Origin: an uncultured Nitrososphaerales archaeon
GTDB taxonomy: Archaea > Thermoproteota > Nitrososphaeria > Nitrososphaerales > Nitrososphaeraceae
Direction: 5' to 3'
NCBI GenBank assembly: GCA_963709405.1
Contig: CAVPXM010000021.1
Span: forward strand, 128,001-192,000
DNA: 64,000 nt
Position 1 is the stretch's first letter, and each line of letters starts with the position of its first letter. Shown piece after piece: positions 35,410-47,313 of the stretch. A model generated the notes under the pieces. The model was not told where the DNA came from, did no database searches, and was given only the letters and a program-made list of their open reading frames with translations. Both the position numbers and the translations under genes were made by a program.

Positions 35410-35859
35410 TTAGGCATAATTTCCCTTAATCGACGATCTAGCTCCACAAGCTTCGCATAGAAGGAAGCCTAACTTTTTGATTTTTTCGGTTCGCGTATCA
35501 GGACTACCACACACAGGGCAGATAACATAATCTTTAACATATCTATCGATTAGTGCGCCAAATGAAGAAGGCTCCTTGCGTCCCAGAAATATTACCCGAT
35601 CACCTGCAATATAACCAGCAGATGCTAATTCTTTATTTAGGTACAGCAACAATTTATCTGGCTCTCTTCTCAAAGCTTTTGGAAACTCCATAAAATTTCT
35701 GAAAATGGTAAGTTGTCCGATCCATATTACTTGAGGGACTGGAACTTCCAGACGAGATGCCTCTCTTCGATTGGTACTGCTAACATTCCGTTGCAAACGA
35801 CTAAGTAATTTCTCATAGTCTGCCTTCGATTGAGAGCTCATTATGTGAATACTAAACAC
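35410..35859 (-). CDS. eif2b: Translation initiation factor aIF-2 beta subunit
   Basis: TIFRNF, YLNKELAS, YVICPVCGSPDT..LCEACGA. Confidence 0.93.
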   Translation of the reverse strand: MFSIHIMSSQSKADYEKLLSRLQRNVSSTNRREASRLEVPVPQVIWIGQLTIFRNFMEFPKALRREPDKLLLYLNKELASAGYIAGDRVIFLGRKEPSSFGALIDRYVKDYVICPVCGSPDTRTEKIKKLGFLLCEACGARSSIKGNYA

Positions 35860-36096
35860 TCATCGGTCTAATGAGCGTTTTGTTATCTTATTTCATTAAC
35901 ACTTGCTTTTAAATTTCTTTTCATCATTTAACTTAGGTGGTATTTACGTAGTCATGATGGGCAGAAGGTACGAAAGTCCAAATATACGGTTAGTTATATG
36001 ATTCGGAGTTGACTGAGACTACTTGTTTCAGGCTTTCATAGTAATTAACTAGATATCTCGATAATTGAATGCAGAAGAATTCAACCAATCAAATTA

Positions 36097-37171
36097 TTAA
36101 TCATATACTAGCCTTAGGTCTTCAGAACAGGAACGAAAAGTCAAATTAATTTTATTCAGCTTAAACTTGGTACTTGATAGCCTCTGTCGTGCTACATAAA
36201 TAGCTTGTGGGGAAGAGTCGCATCCGATCCAATTTCTTGCCAACCTTGCCGCAACAACTAATGATGTCCCTGACCCACAAAAGAAATCGGCAATTAGCCC
36301 GTTAGCACAGGAAAATTGGCCAATTATCCTTTCTAACAATTGTTCATGCTTCTCTGTCTCATAACCAGTTGAATATCCATAACTCTCTACATCTAGCCAG
36401 ACGTTGTCCAGTACCTGTCCTGTTCTTGGGGGGAATCCAATACTCGGCATACTTAACTCCATCTCGTTTTCGGATAAATTCTAGCTTCTTACCTGTTTGT
36501 AGCCAATATTCTTCGAGTGGAATCTCTGGAAAGCGGCGTTCATAAATCTTATAATTCTTCGCTGCCTCTAAAGCCCTTGCTCTAGTCCATTTCCATTGGC
36601 CTCTTTCTGGCACGTATCCGAGTAGATTGTATCGCATTGTTGGTCTGTCTACATTACTCCAAAATCCCATCCATTTTGAGGGTACTGTATTCTCTGTCAT
36701 AGGTAGCGAAAACCTTGCTGAGTGATCCTTCGAATACCATAATATCGAATCGTTTGCAATATGCATTCTGTCGATGGACTTAAATTGATAAAGCAAATTC
36801 TTTCTCCTTCCCCTTTTTATTATAATTTCGTTTCGGAAGTTACTGTATCCAAATAGCTCATCCATAACTACCTTCACATAGTGTACCATATGCCAATCCA
36901 AGTGAATAAATATAGATCCTGAAGGTGATAGCAAATGTTGAATACTCTGCAGTCGGGGATACATGCTATCCAAATAGATTTTTATGGGATTCTGCCCTCT
37001 AAATGTATCATCGAATGCAAGCTCTTGACTGTTACGCGTTCTCAAAAAGTACTTATCTCTTGTTAAAAAAGGAGGGTCAATGTATACGAGATCAATTTTA
37101 TTTTCGAATCCATTTTCTATTAAATATTTCATAGCCTCAAGATTGTCGCCGTAAAAAAGAATATTCTTCAT
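36097..37171 (-). CDS. Site-specific DNA methyltransferase (beta class, Mod-like); frameshift at a C6 run near 36430
   Basis: GDNL, IDLVYIDPPF, FRNEII, DFFCGSGT, WIGCD. Confidence 0.85.
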
Positions 37172-37484
37172 TGCGTTATTTCTGACTTTTGCTGCTTTTC
37201 CCAGTTTTCGGTTTACCTAAATCCCTACGTCGAGACGTGTGATAAGTGGGCATCATTTCCGATACTGATTGATTTTTATGTAAGACTTATTCATTTAGTT
37301 ACCGTTCAAACTGTGTTATCATGTCGTAATCCGAAACTACTTCATCGCTTGTACTGCACTGTAAATGGAGGAGTCCACAGAAGAGCTTACCGATTCTGAT
37401 CGCAGAAGGTCGCTTTCATCCTTCTTGGCCTCAGAATCTCGAATTTTCAGAATTATTGAATGATATAATATTACAATTATATAT

Positions 37485-38090
37485 TTGCGAAATGATCTAA
37501 CTCGAGGTAAGTTGGTAGTAATGACCGACTCGTACATGGGGATATTTATGCCCGCGGATATTTCTTCCAGAATATTGAGGTTTATTGACGGTAAGCTAGA
37601 ATTTCCAATTATAGGTGGGAATGAGATAATGGCGTCTTTTTATCTTTTCGGAAGGGATTTTGGAGTTAGTAGTGAGGAACTATTTATTGCAATTGATTTA
37701 GCAAAGAGAACCGTGAGTCAACTTACTAATGAGATAAAAGCCCTTGGCGAAACGTCTACTAAGATGAATTCCGAATCGATCCGCGAAAATTATACCCGAC
37801 GTATCTTGCAGTTGCATAGTGAACACCAATTGCAAAATATTGAAATGAATAAAAGGATTTCCGGGGACCCCACTATCTTGTCTGCATGTTTTGTGCAGCA
37901 TGTAGCATATCATCATCAACAATACTTTTTTGAGCTTTTTCCACCATTGAGAGAGAACCAAATACCTGCAGACCTCAGATCGCGATTGCAGCAAAGAATG
38001 GTCCTATTGGGATTTAACGTAAAAAGGGAAGATGCGATGTCATCGGGGGGTTCTATCAACAATTTTTTAAATTGGTTCAAGGAGCATTGA
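37485..38090 (+). CDS. Hypothetical protein
   Basis: 201-aa ORF, probable start at ATG 37521. Confidence 0.65.
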   Translation: MRNDLTRGKLVVMTDSYMGIFMPADISSRILRFIDGKLEFPIIGGNEIMASFYLFGRDFGVSSEELFIAIDLAKRTVSQLTNEIKALGETSTKMNSESIRENYTRRILQLHSEHQLQNIEMNKRISGDPTILSACFVQHVAYHHQQYFFELFPPLRENQIPADLRSRLQQRMVLLGFNVKREDAMSSGGSINNFLNWFKEH

Positions 38091-38181
38091 TTCCTCAATC
38101 AATACTAGTTCGCCAAGTAGTTCACATAAGTAAGGGTTGCCACGTTGAACCGAGATGCATGCGTGCATCATTATCTTTTCA

Positions 38182-38850
38182 TCATTTGTCGTCTTGTTCA
38201 TATTTAGCTTTAACATACTCAATGAGCTTGATCGCGTCCAATTCTTTCAAGCTAATTCTGTTAGAAGCAATATATGATCTAAATGATTCGAACTGGTTCG
38301 AATATTCTGGGCTATTATCTACTGAATAGTCAAGGATCTCGTTGTAGTTTCGTAACGGGAAGTAAAATTTCTTTGCTACCCTGGTAAGTATTTTTCTTGC
38401 ATGTTTGTCAATAATACCTCGCTTTTCAGCTAGGAATAGATTAAATCGAATGTCAATCATTGCTTCAGATTGTAATCTATAACTTCCTTCCTCAAACGTA
38501 ACGGCAACTTCATCATCAGCTGTAACTTTGCCTTTTCTATATAGATCGAAGATCTTCCCTATTCCTATCATGCCAAATCGCTCCAATTCTACCGCTCTCA
38601 ATGCTCCTAGACTTGCCGCACCTACGACCATAACATTTTTTTTGGCTACGAGTTGGTATACTTCTATTGGTGTGGGTGGATAATCTTGGAGAAACATGCC
38701 GTCAACCAAACCAACCACAGAGATGTCTGAGGATAATCCGAGTCGCAAGAGATCACCTTTTTTAGCTGGTGGCTTGTAATCGGCATTAAAAATGGCCTTC
38801 GCCTTCTCGTTACTCATACTAGGACCGAGAAAAATGATAGGTTTTCTCAT
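38182..38850 (-). CDS. tfuA: TfuA-like protein
   Basis: IIFLGPS, PPAKKGDL, GLVDGMF, GAASLGALRAVEL..FGMIGIGKIF, DDEVAV, SEAMIDIR. Confidence 0.93.
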   Translation of the reverse strand: MRKPIIFLGPSMSNEKAKAIFNADYKPPAKKGDLLRLGLSSDISVVGLVDGMFLQDYPPTPIEVYQLVAKKNVMVVGAASLGALRAVELERFGMIGIGKIFDLYRKGKVTADDEVAVTFEEGSYRLQSEAMIDIRFNLFLAEKRGIIDKHARKILTRVAKKFYFPLRNYNEILDYSVDNSPEYSNQFESFRSYIASNRISLKELDAIKLIEYVKAKYEQDDK

Positions 38851-40157
38851 TTCTTAAAAAATTTCCTCCCTCTCCAACCCACAACTGACTTGGTTATCTT
38901 GAATGTTTCAAGACCAGGGTACTATGGCCCGAACTACCGGAACCTTGAGTCTAGGATTTGTTAAATTTACGATTATCGCTTGGGTCAGGCCCGCCCTCCT
39001 CAGACGGTCTAAGATCAACTTTATATCATCGAGTATATCAGCATTGTAAAAACTTGTTATTTCAGAATACTTTATCTTTCTATCAGACGGAACGAATCGC
39101 CATGAACGTTTTTCATCCGTGTTCTCTTGGCTGTATTTTATCTTTCTCAGGTCGTCCCTAGCCCCTTGAATATTGGCTCGCTCTTGTTTGTGATACCTCC
39201 GTGATCGCGCGCAACAATGCAATTCGGGCATCGGGATGAGTGCCATGTCCTTCTGCTAAATATCCATAATCATGAGTAACCCATTCAACGCTTGCTGCAT
39301 TGAACGATGGAATACCTATTTCTGTTGTAATCTCCTTTACAATTAGAGATATGTTATTTCTCTTGAATATTTTGAGGAGAGTTAGTATGGGTTCAAATTT
39401 CATATCGGAAAAATCAACATCAGAAAATACACAAGACTCGTCCTTAAATTTATCAATAGTTACTGTAGGGGTGGGAAAGCCATGGGATTTCAATGCATTC
39501 GCGATATGCCTAAGGTAATAAAATGGAATTGCACTAGCACGCAATTCTGCCAAGCTTAGGGCATCTCGTTCAATCAGTTCGCATAGAGAATGACATACAG
39601 CCTCTTCCATCACATTTCCAGAAGCTAATCCATTTGTGTGATAAAATGAGAATGGATTCACAGACGGAGGCCTAGGTTCATATCTAAAAAGAGCAAGGGA
39701 GGCAGGAACCATTACTTCTTCATTGTTCAGCAAGTCAAAGCCTGATAGATAGTCCGTTTGCATATCATCTCTAAATTGGAACCTAGTCGGTTCACAGATT
39801 TGATCAGGATGAACAACTGTGTATTTCTTGGATAGTTCTTTATAACTTGATTGAATGAGATTTCGATTGTCTGTATTTGGTAATGAGGAGTATCTCTCGA
39901 TAGATTCCATTAACGCACTTGCCATAGCATGATTTCTTGTCGGACCTTTTCCACTATATACCCAGATGTAATCCTCTGTCCCTGGAACAACTGCCGAGTA
40001 ATTAGGGATTGCAAGTACATCTAATCCAGTGATGTCAGCCAATCTTGTGAGACCAATAATTTTTGATAAAGGCTTGATATTTTCTAGAGTTAGGTTAGGC
40101 GGCTGAATCCTTGATGTTCCGCTCGCCAGTCCATTTCATTCGACTTTCCAATTGCAA
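38847..40157 (-). CDS. ycaO: TfuA-associated YcaO (thioamide-forming type); frameshifts near 40125, 39180 and 38915
   Basis: GTSRIQPP..GLTRLADITGLD, GKG..ASALMESIER, TNGLASGN..ELIERDA, ALLRAITEVSQ, IQGARDD, PVVRAIVPGLE; stop overlaps the tfuA start (ATGA). Confidence 0.9.
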
Positions 40158-40260
40158 TATTTAATTGACTATTCCCTTTAGAAGCCAGCATTTATTTCTT
40201 GCCAAATATCTAAGCTATTCATTAAGATTATATATTAGAATCTTGCAATCGTTTTGCTAA

Positions 40261-40437
40261 TTGAACTCAAGACAGAGGGATGCTGAGATTATTAGCGATA
40301 TTCTGCTCAAAGCAGCGAGTGAACCGGAGTTCAGAAATCGGCTTATAAGAGAGCCTGCGGAGATTTTGAATCAATATAATATTTCAGCTGAGGCCAAAAC
40401 AGTCATCAAGAACAGCATTATTGATCTTACTCAATGA
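40261..40437 (+). CDS. 58-aa NHLP-clan (nitrile hydratase leader peptide-like) protein (not in ORF track)
   Basis: MNSRQRDAEIISDILLKAASEPEFRNRLIREPAEILNQYNISAEAKTVIKNSIIDLTQ; TTG start with TTATATA at 40228-40234; divergent from ycaO. Confidence 0.75.
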   Translation: MNSRQRDAEIISDILLKAASEPEFRNRLIREPAEILNQYNISAEAKTVIKNSIIDLTQ

Positions 40438-40763
40438 CGTATCTGGCAGCATGTTTTGAGAACCTTCTATGTTTATATCGAGAATAATTTTTTTGACTAA
40501 CGCGATAGCGGATAGAATTTAGATTTTTTCATTTGGTTTGCTAGATTCAAGTACAATGTGCCCCGCCTCTGACTCACACATAATCACAGGTAGCCATACA
40601 ACTTAGTGTATTCCTCCTAGTGCACTCTCTTTTACGGGGTTGCCTGCTCACCAATATCGAGATCCAATACGACAGTCATCAAAGTAGTCCAGTTGATGAC
40701 ATTGTAAGTAAATGCTCGAATTAGGCCAGACAATCATCTAAACGAGCTTCCAGGATATAAACA

Positions 40764-42425
40764 TCAGGATTTTATATGCAGTAATTTGGACAGATTAATC
40801 TCGAAACCCGAAACTGGGATTCTCAGTTTGAAGTTATCTCTTGCCAAAGATGAAATTTCGCCTAATTCACCAACGCGTTCAAGGTCTACGATAACTTTCG
40901 CACATCTTCCGTTGATGAAAAATGGAAGTTTCTCAGGCTCAGTTTTCAGATCCTTGGCAAAAGATGATGATAGTATACTTTGTAATACTGATTTTGCCTC
41001 TGTAAAGTTAGACTTGGTATTTGCAAGCAATACTGCTAAATGCCACTGCTCTAGATCCTCATTGTCACTAAACGCCTTTCCAATTTCAAATATATTCTGT
41101 GGGTAGGTTTCATGGATATTATGAGAGAGAGTCTGCATCAAAGAAGGGATTAAGGAGATGCGAAGATTGTCAAGCCCTGTATTTTGTGCACCTTCTACTG
41201 TTAGTAATCTGTCAATATCGCATTCTGTGCCCATCAGATCAAACTGCATTTTCTTATCAACAAGCCCAAAATTATTGACTTCCAGGAATCCTAGACCAAC
41301 CAACGTAATTCTAATGATATCAAGATAGCGTGAAACCGTGCTCCGATTTCCTGAAATGTTAGAGAATGGAATGGTTGGAATAAGGTTCTCAATCCCGTAT
41401 CCTATAGCAACCTCTTCTACGATATCGATTTTATCAAAAACGTCGACTCGGTATCTGGGAATACTGCAAATAATAGTAGAGCCGTTCTTTTTGATAACCT
41501 TTGCATCTAGACGGCATTTCCTTAAAGACATCAAAATTTCTTCAGTAGAAAGTTTTGTTCCAAGCGTCCGGTTGATTTGGTCACGTGTTACTATAATCTG
41601 TGATGGCTTCATATTTGGTAAATATCTCGACGCTCCTGGAGTTTCCACAACCGCAGTATGAATCATAAATCCCATATCGTTCATCGTAGTTGCTAATATA
41701 GCGATAATGTCCTCCGCAAGTTTCTGATCTGAAGAGGTTACCTCTACAAAAAGATTGTTTGTGCCTGGTTCTACTTTTGCAGATTCGCAGTTCGTTACCG
41801 GTGGAAAAGAGAGTACTCGATTATTCTTATCTAGTAACACTGTATAATTCCCTGAATTTTTTTGGAGTTGATGGTATTTGTACCCTACACCATAAGTATT
41901 CATAAATTCCTCAACTGTAATTGGCGACGATTCGTGGACATAGGTAAAGGAATAGTCGTTTGAAACCGAAGTATATTTTAGGGGAAATTTTATAGAATCC
42001 AAATCATGAAATCCTATTGATGCCTTTATTCTCTGCCTTCCGATACCATCATGGAGATCGTCTTGTACAGCAAACAATTGCTTGATATCTAACTCATCTA
42101 GTCTCAGATTTCTAGCTACTAACGCGGTTATATATGGCCGAGATAAGTTTTTCGAGATATCAACTATTATTCTATATTTATTAGTTCTAGTTAGCTTGAA
42201 TTCTGGTATTCCAATTTCTATTCCAAGATATCCTTTTAGTGCTCTAGCAATACCATAATCGGAACTGAAATCGGGCCTATTTGGATTATATTCAATCCTT
42301 ATCTCATGATCTGTTATGCTCTCGATGTCTAGAGCAATAAATGGTAACGCGTCAATAAGTTGCTTTACGGGTTTGCCAGGAAACCAGTCTGCTAACCTTG
42401 CGAGATTCAGATTTACAACCGGCAT
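40764..42425 (-). CDS. pheT: Phenylalanine-tRNA ligase beta subunit
   Basis: MPVV, EYNPNRPDF, IPRYRVDV..DIVEEVAIGYG, FEIG. Confidence 0.95.
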   Translation of the reverse strand: MPVVNLNLARLADWFPGKPVKQLIDALPFIALDIESITDHEIRIEYNPNRPDFSSDYGIARALKGYLGIEIGIPEFKLTRTNKYRIIVDISKNLSRPYITALVARNLRLDELDIKQLFAVQDDLHDGIGRQRIKASIGFHDLDSIKFPLKYTSVSNDYSFTYVHESSPITVEEFMNTYGVGYKYHQLQKNSGNYTVLLDKNNRVLSFPPVTNCESAKVEPGTNNLFVEVTSSDQKLAEDIIAILATTMNDMGFMIHTAVVETPGASRYLPNMKPSQIIVTRDQINRTLGTKLSTEEILMSLRKCRLDAKVIKKNGSTIICSIPRYRVDVFDKIDIVEEVAIGYGIENLIPTIPFSNISGNRSTVSRYLDIIRITLVGLGFLEVNNFGLVDKKMQFDLMGTECDIDRLLTVEGAQNTGLDNLRISLIPSLMQTLSHNIHETYPQNIFEIGKAFSDNEDLEQWHLAVLLANTKSNFTEAKSVLQSILSSSFAKDLKTEPEKLPFFINGRCAKVIVDLERVGELGEISSLARDNFKLRIPVSGFEINLSKLLHIKS

Positions 42426-43882
42426 TTAGCAATTTTCCTGAGCCACTTCAAGTTGTTGTTATATACTTCTCTTACGTCGGTGAGCCCGAGCCTAAGCATT
42501 GCAATTCTTTCTATTCCACCTCCCCATGCCAGTACTGGATTATTTATCCCAAGCGGTTCCGTAACCTGAGGTCTGAATATTCCCATTCCAAAGAGTTCTA
42601 CCCATTTGTCTAAATTGTCGTTGTATATCATGGATTGTAGCGAAGGCTCAGTATAAGGAAAATATGTGGGCCAAAACTTAACTTTTTTGATCCCCAATTT
42701 TCTGTAAAACTCTGTTTGCAAGCCCATCAGATCACTGAGACTTACATTACTGCCAGTTACAACCCCTTCCACCTGACTAAACTCAACAAGGTGTTTATAT
42801 GACATTTTTTCATTTCTGAATACTTTGCCAATTGAGAAAATTCGTCCATCTTCAATTCTGTTGTCTGCGAGGTATCTTATTGTCACTGGAGTAGTGTGAG
42901 TCCGTAGAACCAGCCTTTTAGACTTGGCTAGATCCCAAACATAATTCCACCACTTGTTGTGTGTTTGGGAGATTTTTTGGACTTGCTGGTTTTCGGCTAT
43001 CTCTGACCTATTTTTATTCCTCAAATAAAAGGTATCTTGCATATCCCTTGCAGGATGATCTTGTGGAATAAAGAGGGCATCGAAATTCCAAAATGCCGTC
43101 TGAATTGTCTGCCCTTCAATTTCTGTGAAGCCAAGACTAACGAATATTTCCTTTATCTCGTCAACAAGGTCAGTCAAAGGATGGGTTCGTCCAGGATATA
43201 TGAAATTCACTGGAGAGATCACGTCTATTGGCGCGTCGTTTGCGATTTTGAGCAAGCCACCGGAATATTTGATTCTGTCTAATGCGTGTATACCAGAAGG
43301 TGTTATCTCTACGTGTATTTCTCTATGTATTGCTTCATTAACAAAATTGGGACGTTTCTTAAGCAAGTTTAGGGCATTCACCTCCTCTGATAAGAGATCG
43401 GATAACTGAATTGTTTGGTATTTACCTAGCCGTTCGATGAGCTTTTCCTCCTCTGATGACTCATCGGCTGACTTATTTAAGACGATTATCCGCTCACCAG
43501 AATCTGTGGTCTTTAGTTCAATCCATTTATTTTGTATTTTTGCCTTGTTCACAGCCGCTTCAAGATCTCTGTCGTCTAAAAGACCACTTTTTCTGATAGA
43601 ACTCAGATCTGTGTAACCACCTCTTATAGCATTGACCAATCGCCGTTCGGGCATTGCCTTGTCTACGGCGTTAAGTCCGTTAATCCCTAGTGAAATTATT
43701 GTCTTTGAAGAATCCCGAACGATAATAAAGCCTTTGAATTTTAGCCTCTCTATCCCTCTCCTGAGCTGATCGATATTCAAATTCGTCGTTGAAGCCAATG
43801 TATCAAGACTCAAACGCCGCCCGGTTTTAAGCTCCTCTAAGATAGTTTTTTCTATCGGATGTAGTATATCAGTATCGCTCAT
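42413..43882 (-). CDS. pheS: Phenylalanine-tRNA ligase alpha subunit
   Basis: FWNFDALFIPQDHPARDMQDTF, LRTHTT, YFPYTEPS. Confidence 0.97.
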   Translation of the reverse strand: MSDTDILHPIEKTILEELKTGRRLSLDTLASTTNLNIDQLRRGIERLKFKGFIIVRDSSKTIISLGINGLNAVDKAMPERRLVNAIRGGYTDLSSIRKSGLLDDRDLEAAVNKAKIQNKWIELKTTDSGERIIVLNKSADESSEEEKLIERLGKYQTIQLSDLLSEEVNALNLLKKRPNFVNEAIHREIHVEITPSGIHALDRIKYSGGLLKIANDAPIDVISPVNFIYPGRTHPLTDLVDEIKEIFVSLGFTEIEGQTIQTAFWNFDALFIPQDHPARDMQDTFYLRNKNRSEIAENQQVQKISQTHNKWWNYVWDLAKSKRLVLRTHTTPVTIRYLADNRIEDGRIFSIGKVFRNEKMSYKHLVEFSQVEGVVTGSNVSLSDLMGLQTEFYRKLGIKKVKFWPTYFPYTEPSLQSMIYNDNLDKWVELFGMGIFRPQVTEPLGINNPVLAWGGGIERIAMLRLGLTDVREVYNNNLKWLRKIAKCRL

Positions 43883-43957
43883 TAAACCTTGAACTTGTCA
43901 ATGGAAGAACACTTTTTAAACCTTTAAGCCAAGATGGGCAATTGTATATAGATAAAT

Positions 43958-45138
43958 ATGTCAAGCTCAGACAACTCACAACCAGATGAATTTCGAGAAG
44001 TAGTCCCTGACAGCAACGAAGATAATTTCTCAGTTACACCGTGGGAAGTCGAGGGACATATAAATTATGACAAACTTATCGACAGATTCGGCACAGATCC
44101 TATCAGCGCTAGTATTCTCGATACTTTCAAAAGTATCACTAGCGAAATTCATCCATTGTTAAGTTTAGAATATTTTTATTCCCACCGCGACTTGGATTGG
44201 ATTTTAAACAAATACAAATCTGGCGAAAGTTTTTACCTCTACACAGGAAGAGGACCTTCCGGGATGGTGCATATGGGTCACATTATGCCATGGCTATTCT
44301 CAAAATATCTGCAAGATAAATTTAATTCAAAACTAATATTCCAGCTAACCGACGATGAAAAATTTCTTTTTAACCATGATCTTAGCCGCAAAAGATAAAT
44401 TATTTTACTCGCGAAAATATTTTGGACATAATAGCCACCGGGTTCGATCCAAGAAAGACGAAAATTCTCGTAGATACTACACACATACAGTATTTGTACC
44501 CACTCGCGATAGAAATCGCAAGACATATCACTTTTTCTACAGCAAAATCGGTCTTCGGCTTTTCACATTCTAGTAATATTGGTATGATTGGGTTTCCTCC
44601 TATTCAAGCCTCGACTTGTTTTCTTCCGTCAGTTCTCGAGGGAAAACCGACTCCCGTGCTAATTCCAGCTGCGATAGACCAAGATCCTTACTGGAGAGTA
44701 ACTAGAGATGTTGCTGTCCGAATGGGTTACTATAAACCAGCACAAATCCATAGTAAATTCATACCAGGACTGGGCGTATCGGGGAAGATGTCTTCCTCTA
44801 AACCTGATACAGCACTTTTCACAACGGATAGCCCAGAGGTTGTTGAAAAGAAAATTCTTTCTGCCTTTACTGGAGGTCAAGCGACTGTACAATTGCAACG
44901 AAAGCTTGGTGGGAATGCCAATGGTTGCCCAGTTTTCTGGTACTTGCGTTACTTTTTTGATACAGAACGAGAATCTGATGAGCGATTTTTAAAATGTAAG
45001 ATTGGTAATCTTTTATGCGGCGAATGTAAAGCAGATCTTGCAGACGAGGCTAAGTTATTTATTGCTGATTTCCAAAAGCGGAGGGAAAAAGCTAAGGATA
45101 CTGTGAAAGAATTTATGTACGACGGAGATCCATTTTGA
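43958..45138 (+). CDS. trpS: Tryptophan-tRNA ligase (frameshifts ~44390-44420, likely errors)
   Basis: VTPWEV, YTGRGPS..HMGH, IDQDPYWR, KMSSS. Confidence 0.95.
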
Positions 45139-45148
45139 ATCTATACTA

Positions 45149-45439
45149 ATGAAATACAATGATACGATAGAATGTGAAGACAGCTATGAGGCAGAAAAAT
45201 TAGCAGCATTCTTAGCGAAACAGAAAGATGATTCAAGCCTTATAAGAGCAATTAGTGCTAGAAATAATGAAATAGTTATTACACTGACAGATAATTCATC
45301 CCATTGTATCGTACTAAAAGATGGAATTTCCATTTCAAATCTAACAAGGATTATGAGGGATATCTTAGGTGGAAAAGGCGAATTGTGTAGGAGCAGCTTT
45401 GAGGGGGCTTACACACACATCGAATACCTTTTAAAATAA
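45149..45439 (+). CDS. Hypothetical protein
   Basis: 96-aa ORF 10 bp after trpS. Confidence 0.65.
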   Translation: MKYNDTIECEDSYEAEKLAAFLAKQKDDSSLIRAISARNNEIVITLTDNSSHCIVLKDGISISNLTRIMRDILGGKGELCRSSFEGAYTHIEYLLK

Positions 45440-45564
45440 TTGAAAATCTGAATCCCCTTTATTAATTCTTAACAATGCAATTCTTTTTTTCTGATCCTTG
45501 CTTGCAAATCAATAACTTCAATCATTCTTTTGAAGCCTTTTGAAGATTTAAGTTTCATTTTAAC

Positions 45565-45897
45565 TTAGCGAAGTTGTTTGATTATCTCATTGGCTACAAT
45601 TTGTTGGACATGCCTGAAGTATAAACTAGTAGAATATGGCATGATATCAATGTACTCTTCGATAACCTGCATCAGATATGGAACAGCTCTTTTCGAAATA
45701 TTTATTTCAAATTTCATCCATAATATTCTGTCTTGCCTAAAATGTATCTTTTCCTTCAGATGTGTTGGGGCTATTTCTCTAGACTTCTCCTCAATTCTCC
45801 TGTACCAATACGCTAGGATTTCAGGATCTAATCCGTCTTTGAGATTGGAAAGCGCTAGGTCAAGTCTATTGTTTGCAAGATAGCTCTGATTTCTCAT
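45565..45897 (-). CDS. Conserved hypothetical protein
   Basis: 110-aa ORF; LAYWY..AP..L.EKI..QD..LWMKF..ISKRAV. Confidence 0.7.
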   Translation of the reverse strand: MRNQSYLANNRLDLALSNLKDGLDPEILAYWYRRIEEKSREIAPTHLKEKIHFRQDRILWMKFEINISKRAVPYLMQVIEEYIDIMPYSTSLYFRHVQQIVANEIIKQLR

Positions 45898-45967
45898 ATG
45901 CGTTCCTACTTTTTAGATACACAAAAGGATAATAAAATTTAGAACATCAAAAGGATTTGAGCTATCC

Positions 45968-46447
45968 TCACATTTGTTTTAGCAACTTTCCCGAACTATC
46001 AATCTGACCCAGTCTTATTCGCGTGGATGAGATAGGATTACCGTCGTCTGCCTTCACTAATTTAACCCTTATGATTGCAAGCGGTTTTAACCCGTTCGCG
46101 AGTCTAATCTCATTTATTTCTTTACCTTTGGCTGCGGTCTCACTGCTAGCTACTAGTGCCTCCACCTGTCCAAATACTACTGCAGGTCCGAAACTGCTGT
46201 GTAACTTACTGATCGAATAGTCTACTCTGCCGAATCTATTCTTTATTGCTTCCTTAAGAGGAGCAACCCTGGTTTCATATTTATGATGAATCTTGGTTTT
46301 CCCTCGGTTTTTTGCAGCAAATTCATCGCTAGTTACTCCTATGATTACTTTGTCAGATATTTCGAAGGCTTTTGATAACAGGGCGAAGTGACCGGCATGT
46401 ATTATGTCAAAAGTTCCTCCAGTTGCAGCCAGATTAAATTTTGTCAA
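45968..46447 (-). CDS. coaD: Archaeal phosphopantetheine adenylyltransferase
   Basis: GGTFDIIHAGH, GVTSDEF, ISSTRIR. Confidence 0.9.
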   Translation of the reverse strand: MTKFNLAATGGTFDIIHAGHFALLSKAFEISDKVIIGVTSDEFAAKNRGKTKIHHKYETRVAPLKEAIKNRFGRVDYSISKLHSSFGPAVVFGQVEALVASSETAAKGKEINEIRLANGLKPLAIIRVKLVKADDGNPISSTRIRLGQIDSSGKLLKQM

Positions 46448-46545
46448 TACCTAGAATGCAATTACACTTGGCTGACCACCAGTTATTGAGAGCTACCGGA
46501 ATCTTGATTCAGACTCCACAAGTTCGTAATTACTCAAAAGGATGC

Positions 46546-47211
<666 letters not shown>

Positions 47212-47313
47212 TCACCTAGTTATTTATCAGTTTTTGGAATCTGACTGGTCCACAGAGGCTAGTCCCATCTCGTCATTATTTTAATACAAAGCCATAAAAG
47301 AGTGGCGTAACAA

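Noticed and set aside
40500-40705. Possible separate core-peptide ORF downstream of the NHLP-like gene
   Set aside because: Only short stop-interrupted frames were found; no convincing start or promoter.
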